Shown here: one piece after another, positions 8,606 through 17,758 of the stretch
Layout of the letters: each line of letters opens with the position of its first letter
Position numbering within the stretch: the first letter of the stretch is position 1
Assembly: GCA_963787835.1 (NCBI GenBank)
Contig: CAWBEI010000002.1
Coordinates: 832,001-896,000, forward strand
DNA length: 64,000 bases
Direction: 5' to 3'
Source of the DNA: Ignavibacteriota bacterium
GTDB taxonomy: Bacteria > Bacteroidota > Ignavibacteria > Palsa-1295
Translations under genes and position numbers: made by a program
The notes under the pieces: generated by a model
What the model was told of the DNA's origin: nothing
The model's database searches: none
What the model saw: the letters and a program-made list of their open reading frames with translations, nothing else

Positions 8606-9105
8606 CCATAAAATGGCAAGACGCCGCGCTCCTCCTCGTTGCCATGTTCCTTTTAGGATGGCTGCTCTCGTTCGGGCGACAAACATCCGGCGAAAGCACG
8701 ATCCAGGAAAAAGAGATCGTCCGCGAGCACTACGATTCAGCCCATAGCGTGGTGTATGTCCCTTTGCGGCCAGTGGATGTAACGGGAACTTCAAACCACA
8801 TCAAAACTCTCACGGTACACGATACGGTCTATCGCGAAGCATGTCTTGATACGCTTATCACTGCAGATACTACGGCCATTGCTCCGGATACACTTTCCGT
8901 CTGCTATGTGCAGGATACGTTTTCCGTAGCCGTGGGCTTTAGCCCACGGCGAAAGAACGTCGCCATTCCCTACATCGCGCACGATACTTTTTACTGGCAC
9001 GAACACTCCTCGCCGGCCTACGAAGGCAAACCCCGCGCATGGTATGACGATGCGCTGCTCGTCATTATCTCCCTCGCCGCAGGAATTATTGTGGGAAAGT
9101 TGTAG
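8602..9105 (+). CDS. Membrane protein, putative lysis accessory (spanin- or holin-like)
   Basis: ATGA overlap with the lysin; hydrophobic segments at both ends; DT(V/L)-rich middle. Confidence 0.45.
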   Translation: MTIKWQDAALLLVAMFLLGWLLSFGRQTSGESTIQEKEIVREHYDSAHSVVYVPLRPVDVTGTSNHIKTLTVHDTVYREACLDTLITADTTAIAPDTLSVCYVQDTFSVAVGFSPRRKNVAIPYIAHDTFYWHEHSSPAYEGKPRAWYDDALLVIISLAAGIIVGKL

Positions 9106-9108
9106 CCT

Positions 9109-9139
9109 ACTCCCCCTCCTCTGAAAGAGGAAGGGGAGT
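9109..9139. terminator. Hairpin between convergent genes
   Basis: actccccctcctct-gaa-agaggaaggggagt. Confidence 0.6.
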
Positions 9140-9157
9140 TTTATTGAGAGGAATTAA

Positions 9158-12100
9158 CTACTCTTTCGACAGCACGAACTGACGGATGACGGTAACTCCG
9201 TTCACGGTGATGCGCGCGAAGTAGGCGCCTTCGGTCATCTGGTCCGTCGGAATGGCAAGCACATGGTCGCCGGTTTCGAACGGGCCATCCACGAGGGTTT
9301 CGACGGAATGGCCGAGCATGTCGAGGATGTCTGCCGTGACATTCGCCGATACGTTCGTCGTGAAGTGCAGCGTGGCCTCACTGCTGCCTTTATGCGCCGG
9401 ATTCGGAACGACCTGAATGCCGCTCACGGTCTGCAACGTTCCCAAAAGATCGCGCTGGAGTGGAAGCGCTCCGCATCCGGAGTTGTCGATGCAGATATTT
9501 GCAGAGTCCCCTGAGGCGCTGAGCGCCGTCAGGCTACATGCCGCGTACATCGAATCGTTAAACAGCGGATTCGTGATCTTCGCCGTACTCGTATTCGAAT
9601 CACTGACTGCGCCAAGCTGTGTCAGCTTGAGAAGCGTCGTGTTTGCAGGAAGGCCCGAAGTTCCTGAGTACGTCATCGTAACGTGGATACCATCCGGTTT
9701 ATCAGTCAACGTGGCAGTCCACCCCGCCGGCAGATTACCAAGCTGCTGTGGATTGAACAGCAGGTTCCCATCATAGCTGATGACGAACGTCAGTGTGGTG
9801 ATGTTCATCGAATCCGGGATCGGATCATGCAGGATGACATCGAACTCCTTTTGGTCCGTATCGTTCGGAAGGATACACGTATTCGTCGGGCTGGTAACGC
9901 CGATGTGAACCGTATCTACCGAGCCATTGATCTGGCCATACACCGTAAAGGTATCCTGAGCAGACGTGCCATTGATCGAATAATTAATAGTAACCAGTGC
10001 GGAATTTCCACCGGACTGATTGGGATCGAATATAACTCCACCGGTGAACGGTATTGCCCCGGACGTGGGAGTTTTTGGCGTGAATCGACCGGAGCCAGTA
10101 ACGCTGACACTGTTAACCGATCCCGTTACCCCACCGTCGCTGATATCGAACGTCATCTGTCCGAGATTACACGGCGTTGTAACGATCGTAGCGTTGCTCG
10201 GATCCAGAGTAATGCTGAACACCCCACCCGTCGGGGCGCAACTGGTGTCGGTGAAGCTATACTGTACGCTATCGGTGGTTCCATCGGAGTTCGTAAGAAC
10301 GACCCAGCCCGAAATAGTACCAACGCTCGTCGGCATATAGGTCACGTTGAACGTTTGGGATCTACCACTATCTATCGTTGCAGTTTGCGGGGTTACGGTC
10401 ACCTGAGAGTTCCCGGTTGAAACACTCTTGATGTTATACACATAGCATGTACCCGTGTTCGTAAGTGAGAACGTTTCGCCAACCATCGCAGAGTCGCAGA
10501 TGGTCGCGCTTGGGATGGGCGTTACCGTATAGCCCGGAACCGGTGGAATGATGTTAGCCGTGAGGAACACCGTATCGAACGTGCAATTATTGCCCGTGGG
10601 GTCACAGACCTGAAGGATCACCATATCCGAAATAGCTCCGGTCACGCCGCACGCCGATGGATCGAAACATATTGTATCTGGATTGACCGGTCCTCCAACC
10701 ACCATAGAAGCCGAAGATGGCCCTGTCATTGTAAAGCAGCTATGCTGCGGCGGCGATTTCACGCTGATCTGAATCGTACCGCACGATGCATTCGAGAACG
10801 TATCGATCAGGCACGTTTGCGGCGAGCATTGCTGAACGGAACCGAAGTTGAGCGTCGTCGATGTTTCGCTTGCCGTTGCCAGATTCGTGCTCACTGCTCT
10901 TAGGCCAGAGGTAAGCTGCCCGGCCTCCATAAGCGTAGCCACAACGCTGCCGGTATCCGTACCACCACTGCCGCTGCCGCATCGCGGTAAAAATCCAACG
11001 AGGAACGATACCTGACGATTGGCCAGAAGAATGTAGGGCAATTGGATCGTGGATATATCGATAAAGAAGTTGGAACCTGGTGAATTACTCAGCGTGATCG
11101 CCGTGATCGTATCGGCCTTACAACCAGCCGAAATAGTGACCGTCTTTTCTTCCGTCGAGTCACAGCAATTCACAAAACCGAAATTGACAAGATTGGGCGT
11201 CATGCCGGCCACGGTAGCCAGGGCTCCGCTTGTCAAGGAGATCGTGTCAAGCAGCGTATCGCTTGCGAACGCAGCGCAATCGCTGCCAATGGCGCAACTA
11301 TTGTTCGATGAAAAAGTACCGGCGATGGTATAAGGAAAAGTGATAAACGCCTTGCTCGTGCCTGCCTGACAATTGATGTCGATCGTTAGCGGAACGTGTT
11401 GGCCTGGTGGAAGTGTGATCGGGAAGTGGAGCGGCGGGTGTGTATTACTATCCAGCGTAAAGTTCTTAGCCGAAGCATTATTGCCTCTAAATATGGGAGA
11501 CTCCAGCGTGATCGTGTCACACGTGGTATTGACAAAAAAGATCGTCGTATCTGCCGGAACGGTGCAGCAACTTGCGGCAGTGATATTGAATCCGCGGAAC
11601 GAAGGTTTCACCTCCGTGCTCGTCTCTCCGACAACGAAGACGGAATTCGTCGTGCCGGTTTTCGAACCATCGGACGTATGCCAATTGATCGAGAACGATG
11701 CATCGCAGCTCGAAACCTTCAGGCCCGGTACATACGCAATACAAAAATTCCATGAATCTCCGGGGCTAAGCGTGATGGGCCCATTGGCGAGATCGCAGCA
11801 TCCAATGAGCTGCAACTGGCACGCACATTTCGAATCTTCGCTGGTGTTACAGTTATCGAGGATGATGGTGTTACAGCTCGAATTCGTGAGCACGAGGCAG
11901 GTGTCTATTTCCGGAGCACAGGCCGGTCCCTGCATCGTGATCGTTCCGGAAACATCGAACTGAGGGTTCGCGGCTACGCCAGCACCACCCATACTGATGA
12001 CCGTATCGACCGTCTTCCCGCTATCGAGGAAGGAAAGTGTAATAGATGCGGTATCCGATAGATCGGAGGTCGGCTGGAACTGAAGGTCAACGGAGATCGG

Positions 12101-13414
12101 GGTACTGATGCCCGAGACGCAAAGAGGAGCAGGCGAGGGCGCCGAAGGAACCGCCGCTATCGTATCGACGATGTTCGTAAGGCGCTGAACCGTAGCGCCG
12201 GTGAGCGTAGGACTGTTAGCGCAATTGCATCCAAAAATATGGATCTGCGTGTCCGAAGTCGTCATACACGCGGCATTAGTAAATTCCACGGTCAGTGGCC
12301 AGACATGAATATCGGGAGTAGCCGGGCGTTTGAGTTTGTAAACAGAGTCACTCGTGAAACTCCAGACCGTGGAGGGTGACACATAAAAGCGTGTATTGAC
12401 ACCCGGCGCCGGCGAAGATGGGATATTGGCCCACGACGCGCCCTCATTCGTGGAGAACCACAATCCGAGCAGGCCGTTATGCGAAGTAGCAAAGATCGAA
12501 CACCCGTCGCCGGCCATGTCTTGGGTCAGGGTATCGCCGGTCCCTTTATAATTCGAAAGTGGCCCGAACGAATATCCGGCATTATCCGAGCGAAGGATCG
12601 ATTCCGTTTGCCCGAGGCAGTTATTGCCTGTCGAAGTGAAAAAGGTCTCGGTCGTTGGAATACCCAACGGCTGCCAGGTCTCGGTGAACATGCGGCCTTT
12701 AGCCCAGGTGAGGCCGTCGTCGGTCGTCAGCAACCAATAATAGGTATGCTGTCCGTCGTTACAGACAGTTCCCTCCGTCGCAACGAGGCCGAAACCGTTC
12801 CCATTGAAGGCGAAGCCCGTATAGTTCTTTCCGGTATCGATCACGGACCACGTTTTACCTTCATCGTCGGACACGACAAGCCCCCGATCGATCGTCGAAA
12901 CATAGAGTCTGCTGGTATTATTATCATAATAAATTCCCCTGCCGCTGTCGGGGGTTCCGGTATTATCGTCCCACGTCCAAGTCGAGCCGCCATTGGTCGT
13001 AATGAGGATCCCGGCATCGGGAACGTTTGCTCCCGGCCAGACCACGCTATCGACCACCGCAAAGCCTTTCATACCGCCTTGCTCGAATGTAATATCGTTC
13101 ACATATCCCGTAGGGAACGTGGATGGAAGATTATGGTTTGGGCTGACGATCGTTGCACGCGTCCAGGAAGTTCCAGTGTTCGTCGTGTACCAGATACCTG
13201 TATCGTCCCCCACGAAACCGCTCGTCGGCGCGCCTACCGCATCGAGAAATTTAACGATGTGGATCTGGTTGTAGAACTTTTGCGCGACTGGAGTCCACGA
13301 ATTCGGCAGCATGACTTGTGCCGAAGCCGTTTCCGCGAACGCAAAAAGAAGAACGAAGAAAGGAAGGAGGTTACGAAGGGATCGAAAGGAGAAAGGTCGT
13401 AAGAGTTTATTCAT
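9158..13414 (-). CDS. Large T9SS-secreted protein: BNR/Asp-box propeller, several Cys-rich ASH-type Ig domains, cohesin-like domain, CTD
   Basis: Asp-box repeats (TTNTGTSW, TTNGGSTW, SDDEGKTW, TTDDGLTW, STNEGASW); LTFVISYDGNLL...LLKL cohesin-like segment; VVPNP...GAYFARI CTD. Confidence 0.8.
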   Translation of the reverse strand: MNKLLRPFSFRSLRNLLPFFVLLFAFAETASAQVMLPNSWTPVAQKFYNQIHIVKFLDAVGAPTSGFVGDDTGIWYTTNTGTSWTRATIVSPNHNLPSTFPTGYVNDITFEQGGMKGFAVVDSVVWPGANVPDAGILITTNGGSTWTWDDNTGTPDSGRGIYYDNNTSRLYVSTIDRGLVVSDDEGKTWSVIDTGKNYTGFAFNGNGFGLVATEGTVCNDGQHTYYWLLTTDDGLTWAKGRMFTETWQPLGIPTTETFFTSTGNNCLGQTESILRSDNAGYSFGPLSNYKGTGDTLTQDMAGDGCSIFATSHNGLLGLWFSTNEGASWANIPSSPAPGVNTRFYVSPSTVWSFTSDSVYKLKRPATPDIHVWPLTVEFTNAACMTTSDTQIHIFGCNCANSPTLTGATVQRLTNIVDTIAAVPSAPSPAPLCVSGISTPISVDLQFQPTSDLSDTASITLSFLDSGKTVDTVISMGGAGVAANPQFDVSGTITMQGPACAPEIDTCLVLTNSSCNTIILDNCNTSEDSKCACQLQLIGCCDLANGPITLSPGDSWNFCIAYVPGLKVSSCDASFSINWHTSDGSKTGTTNSVFVVGETSTEVKPSFRGFNITAASCCTVPADTTIFFVNTTCDTITLESPIFRGNNASAKNFTLDSNTHPPLHFPITLPPGQHVPLTIDINCQAGTSKAFITFPYTIAGTFSSNNSCAIGSDCAAFASDTLLDTISLTSGALATVAGMTPNLVNFGFVNCCDSTEEKTVTISAGCKADTITAITLSNSPGSNFFIDISTIQLPYILLANRQVSFLVGFLPRCGSGSGGTDTGSVVATLMEAGQLTSGLRAVSTNLATASETSTTLNFGSVQQCSPQTCLIDTFSNASCGTIQISVKSPPQHSCFTMTGPSSASMVVGGPVNPDTICFDPSACGVTGAISDMVILQVCDPTGNNCTFDTVFLTANIIPPVPGYTVTPIPSATICDSAMVGETFSLTNTGTCYVYNIKSVSTGNSQVTVTPQTATIDSGRSQTFNVTYMPTSVGTISGWVVLTNSDGTTDSVQYSFTDTSCAPTGGVFSITLDPSNATIVTTPCNLGQMTFDISDGGVTGSVNSVSVTGSGRFTPKTPTSGAIPFTGGVIFDPNQSGGNSALVTINYSINGTSAQDTFTVYGQINGSVDTVHIGVTSPTNTCILPNDTDQKEFDVILHDPIPDSMNITTLTFVISYDGNLLFNPQQLGNLPAGWTATLTDKPDGIHVTMTYSGTSGLPANTTLLKLTQLGAVSDSNTSTAKITNPLFNDSMYAACSLTALSASGDSANICIDNSGCGALPLQRDLLGTLQTVSGIQVVPNPAHKGSSEATLHFTTNVSANVTADILDMLGHSVETLVDGPFETGDHVLAIPTDQMTEGAYFARITVNGVTVIRQFVLSKE

Positions 13415-13540
13415 ATTGAGACCCACACTATTGCCTGGGTGATAAATAAGTAGGAATCCGTCCGCCCCAGGTCACGCGAAAGCACCCTAAGAGCAACACC
13501 AACCACGAGGAAATTGATTTCCCCCCGCAAAGATGGATTA

Positions 13541-13548
13541 CAAATATA
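13541..13548 (-). promoter_or_regulatory. TAnnTTTG promoter box (TATATTTG)
   Basis: caaatata on the + strand, upstream of the minus-strand 1422-aa gene. Confidence 0.55.
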
Positions 13549-13641
13549 CGGATTTTCCACGCCACTCGCGGCTAAATCGGGCTTCGCTCAAGGCTACATT
13601 AAGCTTCGGTCCCATGAACTTTTGCCCTATCCGTCCCGCTT

Positions 13642-14985
13642 TTGATGTCTCCAATGCCACGCAAAACATTTTTAAGCTCCTCACGCTCCGCACCCACGTA
13701 TGGAGTGGCGGAGGGTGAAGCCAATGGGCCACTCACCGTCACCTCTCTCACGAAGGCGATACGGGATACCCTCGAAACCGCTTTTACGGATGTGACGGTC
13801 GAGGGCGAAATATCGAATTTCATCGATCACCGCTCCGGCCACCGGTATTGGACTCTTAAGGATGCCGGAGCGCAGATCTCATGTGTCTTTTGGAAAACCC
13901 GTGCACTAAATTTCGATCTTCACGATGGAATGAAGGTCATTTGCCGGGGCAGGCTGACGGTCTATCCGCCGCGCGGAAATTATCAGCTCGATGTCTTCCA
14001 GGTACGACCAAGCGGTATCGGCGATCTGCAACAGGCGTACGAGGAGCGATACGAGCGGCTGCTGGCAGAAGGGTTGTTCGAGGAATCGCGCAAACGGCCC
14101 ATCCCACGGTTTCCGCAGGTCATTGGCATCGTCACCAGCGAGAATGGCGCGGCATTGCATGACATCCTGACCACCCTCCGCCGCCGTTACCCCATCGTCC
14201 GCGTGATCGTGCGACCCTGTGCCGTGCAAGGCGTCGGTGCGGAGTTGGAGATCGCGCGAGCGATACAGGAATTTAACTTAATTACGAATTACGAATTTCA
14301 AATTACGAATGAGGACGAATCCAAAAAAGCAATTCGTAATTCGCAATTCGTAATTCGTAATTCCCCCCGCCCCGACCTCCTCATCGTCGGCCGCGGCGGT
14401 GGCTCGCTGGAAGACTTATGGTGCTTTAACGAAGAAGCCGTTGCCCGGGCGATCTATACGTCGAAAATTCCTGTCATTAGCGCAGTAGGGCACGAAGTAG
14501 ATTTCACCATCGCCGATTGCGTCGCCGATCTGCGCGCACCAACACCCACCGCAGCAGCAGAGCTTGCCACGCCGAATCAGGAAGAACTTATTTCTGCGAT
14601 CAATGGCAGTCGCATTGGCCTTACTCGTCTTATGCGGCAAGAAATTGCCATGCTCCAGCGGCATATCACACAAGCTTCCGATGCTCGGTCGCTTGCCATA
14701 GCCATGGTAAACGCGACCCGAACCCTGCGGGAACGAATGAATGCCGAAATATTAGATGCGTCCCGCTCCGTCATCCATTCCCTCGAACGCCGCAGATTAA
14801 AGCTCGAACGCGATACCGCAAAACTGGCCGCCATGAACCCCGACCGCGTGCTCGACCGTGGCTTCACCGCGCTGGAATCCACCGATGGCGAAATCATCCC
14901 GCGCCTCTCGCAGCTCCTCACACGCGATGAAAAAAACGGCATCCTCGTCTTCGCCGATGGAAGGATCACGGTGAGGTTCGATTGA
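13642..14985 (+). CDS. xseA: Exodeoxyribonuclease VII large subunit
   Basis: VEGEISNF...SGH.Y.TLKD, IVGRGGGSLEDLW, SAVGHEVDFT, RAPTPTAAAE; exact start uncertain (13642-13654). Confidence 0.97.
   Translation: MMSPMPRKTFLSSSRSAPTYGVAEGEANGPLTVTSLTKAIRDTLETAFTDVTVEGEISNFIDHRSGHRYWTLKDAGAQISCVFWKTRALNFDLHDGMKVICRGRLTVYPPRGNYQLDVFQVRPSGIGDLQQAYEERYERLLAEGLFEESRKRPIPRFPQVIGIVTSENGAALHDILTTLRRRYPIVRVIVRPCAVQGVGAELEIARAIQEFNLITNYEFQITNEDESKKAIRNSQFVIRNSPRPDLLIVGRGGGSLEDLWCFNEEAVARAIYTSKIPVISAVGHEVDFTIADCVADLRAPTPTAAAELATPNQEELISAINGSRIGLTRLMRQEIAMLQRHITQASDARSLAIAMVNATRTLRERMNAEILDASRSVIHSLERRRLKLERDTAKLAAMNPDRVLDRGFTALESTDGEIIPRLSQLLTRDEKNGILVFADGRITVRFD
14280..14362. repeat. Inverted heptamer array (AATTACG / CGTAATT) in frame within xseA
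   Basis: aattacgaattacgaatttcaaattacgaat ... attcgtaattcgcaattcgtaattcgtaatt: 31-bp arms, 2 mismatches. Confidence 0.85.
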
Positions 14986-15026
14986 AAAAAGGAGTGATTT
15001 GCTAAATCTTCGCTGTTCAACACATA

Positions 15027-15314
15027 ATGCCTCCTCGAAAACAAGAACCATCCCCCAGCTTCGAATCCGAATTCGAACGCCTTTCCACGATAGTTGATCG
15101 GCTCGAACAGGGTAATGTGCCTCTGGCCGAAATGCTGACACTTTATGAGGAAGCCATGACGCTTTCCGCCAAGTTGAAATCTGTCCTGACCCAAGCTGAA
15201 CTTCGCGTAGAAAAGCTCGCCACAGTGCATGAGGAAATGACCATGGATGATCGATCATCCACCTCCGAGACATCAGAAATGAACGATTTGCCCGAATCCG
15301 AGGATTTATTCTGA
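15027..15314 (+). CDS. xseB: Exodeoxyribonuclease VII small subunit
   Basis: SFESEFERLSTIVDRLEQGNVPL.E.L..YEE...L.QAELRV; directly follows xseA. Confidence 0.93.
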   Translation: MPPRKQEPSPSFESEFERLSTIVDRLEQGNVPLAEMLTLYEEAMTLSAKLKSVLTQAELRVEKLATVHEEMTMDDRSSTSETSEMNDLPESEDLF

Positions 15315-15364
15315 TTGATAGGTAACATGCACCAAATGCGCTCGTTAGCTCTGTTTACGCACCT

Positions 15365-17401
15365 ATGACCAACGCCTACCCCCTCCTCGATACCATCAAC
15401 ACCCCCGAAGACCTTCGGACGCACCCCGTTAGCGATCTCGAAGCGATCTCGGCGGATGTGCGCGAGTATCTCATTGATTCTATCGCCCAGACAGGAGGCC
15501 ATTTCGGCGCGGGATTAGGAGTCGTCGAGTTGACGGTTGCGCTGCATTATGCGCTAAATACGCCGAAGGATAAACTGATCTGGGATGTCGGGCATCAGGC
15601 GTATCCACACAAAATTTTAACGGGAAGGAAAGACCGTCTTTCCACCATTCGCCAAAAAGATGGCCTTGCACCATTCCTGAAACGCGAAGAGAGCGAATAC
15701 GATGTCTTCGGCGCGGGACATGCATCCACTTCCATCAGCGCCGCGCTTGGTATCGCAACCGCGCGCGATTACAATGGCGAGAACTATAAAGTAGCCGCCG
15801 TCATCGGCGATGGTTCCATGACGGGCGGCATTGCCTACGAAGCGCTGAATAATTGCGGGATGCTGAAGAAGGATATTCTCGTCATCCTGAACGACAACCA
15901 AATGTCCATCGCACCGAACGTGTGGGCGATGCACGAACATTTTAATTCCCTTCTCACCAATCCCGCGCTTCGCAAGATAAAAGATCAGGTGTGGGATGTG
16001 CTCGATGGCCACAGCAAATTGCGCTATGCCGGTTCCAAGCTCGTCGATGCCATGAAGGCCGTTATGACGCCGGGAATGATGTTCGAAGCCCTCGGCTTCA
16101 AATATTTCGGTCCCGTGAGCGGACATAACGTCGTCAAACTCGTCGAGATGCTCAAATTTTTGGAAGTGCAAACGGGGCCGCTCCTCCTGCACGTCATCAC
16201 CGAAAAGGGACACGGCTACGCACCGGCGGAGTCCCATGTACAGAAATACCATGCAGCGAGCGGCGCATTCGATAAGATCACCGGAGCAGCCATTCCAAAG
16301 CCCGTTACCTCGCCTCAGCCGCCGGAATATACCAAAGTGTTCGGCAAAGCAATGGTCGAGATCTGCAAAGCTAATCCGAAAGTGGTTGGTATTACAGCCG
16401 CCATGCCGGACGGCACCGGACTCAACATTCTCCAAAAAGAAGTTCCAGATAAATTCTTCGATGTCGGTATTGCAGAGCAGCATGCCGTTACGTTCGCAGC
16501 AGGCATGGCGACAGAGGGATTCATTCCCGTCTGCGCGATCTACTCCACTTTCCTTCAGCGCGCCTTCGATCAGATCATTCATGATGTCGCGCTGCAAAAC
16601 CTGCCGGTTGTGTTCGCCATGGATCGCGCAGGACTCGTCGGCGCCGACGGCCCCACGCATCACGGCGCATTCGATCTCGCCTATCTCCGCCTCATCCCGA
16701 ACATGACGATCATGGTTCCTAAAGATGAGCAGGAACTGCGGGACATGCTTTATACCGCAACTTCGCGCAACGTATTGCTAAATGTAGCGCAAACTTTAGT
16801 TTGCGACCCCGACCCCGAATCGCAAACTAAAGAATCGCAAACTAAAGTTTGCGCTACATTGGGTGATGCGGGGCCAGTCGCGATAAGATATCCTCGCGGC
16901 ACAGGCATTGGAGTACCGTTGGCAGATGAAGGGTTCCGCGCACTGCCCATCGGCCAGGGCGAAATGATGCGCGATGGCAGTGATGCCGTCATCATCGGTG
17001 TCGGCCCATTGCTCTACGATGCCATCAAAGCCGCCGAAGATCTGGAGCGGGAAAGTATTTCAGTGGCCGTGGCAAATGCGCGTTTTGTAAAACCGCTCGA
17101 CACCGCACTGCTCGATGCGCTTGCGGCAAGATTCAAACATATCATCACACTCGAAGAAGGCACCATTAACGGCGGCTTCGGCAGCGCCGTAGCGGAATTC
17201 CTCGCAGAGCGAGCGATCCAGCATCCGTCATCTCCGATTCCTCATCCCTCCATCATTGGTCTTCCCGACCACTTTATCGAGCACGGCGCGCCCGCCGGAT
17301 TGCTCGCCGATGTCGGCCTCACCCGCGAAGGCATCCGCGACCGTGTCAGGGCATGCGTCCTCGCCGGACGTATGGCAGAAGCAACCGGCGTTGCTCCCTA
17401 A
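15365..17401 (+). CDS. dxs: 1-deoxy-D-xylulose-5-phosphate synthase
   Basis: WDVGHQAYPHKILTGR, GHASTSISA, GDGSMTGG, DVGIAEQHAVT, YSTFLQRAFDQ, GADGPTH. Confidence 0.98.
   Translation: MTNAYPLLDTINTPEDLRTHPVSDLEAISADVREYLIDSIAQTGGHFGAGLGVVELTVALHYALNTPKDKLIWDVGHQAYPHKILTGRKDRLSTIRQKDGLAPFLKREESEYDVFGAGHASTSISAALGIATARDYNGENYKVAAVIGDGSMTGGIAYEALNNCGMLKKDILVILNDNQMSIAPNVWAMHEHFNSLLTNPALRKIKDQVWDVLDGHSKLRYAGSKLVDAMKAVMTPGMMFEALGFKYFGPVSGHNVVKLVEMLKFLEVQTGPLLLHVITEKGHGYAPAESHVQKYHAASGAFDKITGAAIPKPVTSPQPPEYTKVFGKAMVEICKANPKVVGITAAMPDGTGLNILQKEVPDKFFDVGIAEQHAVTFAAGMATEGFIPVCAIYSTFLQRAFDQIIHDVALQNLPVVFAMDRAGLVGADGPTHHGAFDLAYLRLIPNMTIMVPKDEQELRDMLYTATSRNVLLNVAQTLVCDPDPESQTKESQTKVCATLGDAGPVAIRYPRGTGIGVPLADEGFRALPIGQGEMMRDGSDAVIIGVGPLLYDAIKAAEDLERESISVAVANARFVKPLDTALLDALAARFKHIITLEEGTINGGFGSAVAEFLAERAIQHPSSPIPHPSIIGLPDHFIEHGAPAGLLADVGLTREGIRDRVRACVLAGRMAEATGVAP
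16781..16860. repeat. GTAG-type REP doublet in frame within dxs
   Basis: Perfect 26-bp inverted repeat aatgtagcgcaaactttagtttgcga / tcgcaaactaaagtttgcgctacatt, plus an internal 15-bp duplication (ESQTK twice). Confidence 0.9.
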
Positions 17402-17416
17402 TCAGTTGTCCAATAG

Positions 17417-17568
17417 CACGTCATCCTGAGCGGAGCAAGACGCAGCGACAGCGGAGTCTTGCGCAGTCGAAGGATCTCTGGTCGTTCACCGCATTGCTAA
17501 ACTGAAAGAGATCCTTCGACTTCGCAATCTGACGCTCCGCGCCTGATTGCTCCGCTCAGGATGACATG
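17417..17568. repeat. Composite palindromic element (GTCATCCTGAGC...GCTCAGGATGAC family)
   Basis: Outer arms gtcatcctgagcggagcaa / ttgctccgctcaggatgac; inner arms gtcgaaggatctct / agagatccttcgac. Confidence 0.8.
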
Positions 17569-17758
17569 TAAATTTTCACCCGGCCTGAAAGCGCGGGCAC
17601 AACCGATTTTCCACAAAGATTTATAGCCCAAATTAGCCTAATTTGAGGCTTTTTTCATTTTTCTAAAGATTTTTTTGTAACCCGAGCGACCCAGAGCGAT
17701 TTACTATTGGGGAGTGCCCGCTCGCACCTCTAAATTGCACCATCTTTCGGTCCAAAAA

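Noticed and set aside
9263-13402. Long opposite-strand or alternate-frame ORFs (for example 12479-13402, 9683-10420, 15617-16663, 18668-19579, 59783-60877)
   Set aside because: They overlap well-supported genes, lack motifs, and are the shadow ORFs expected from codon bias.
15244-15261. Perfect 18-bp palindrome tggatgatcgatcatcca in the xseB tail
   Set aside because: Single short occurrence; it cannot be assigned to a repeat family or binding site from this window.
15314-15365. Absence of ispA between xseB and dxs
   Set aside because: Gene order at this locus varies between lineages, and the 50-bp gap shows no remnant.
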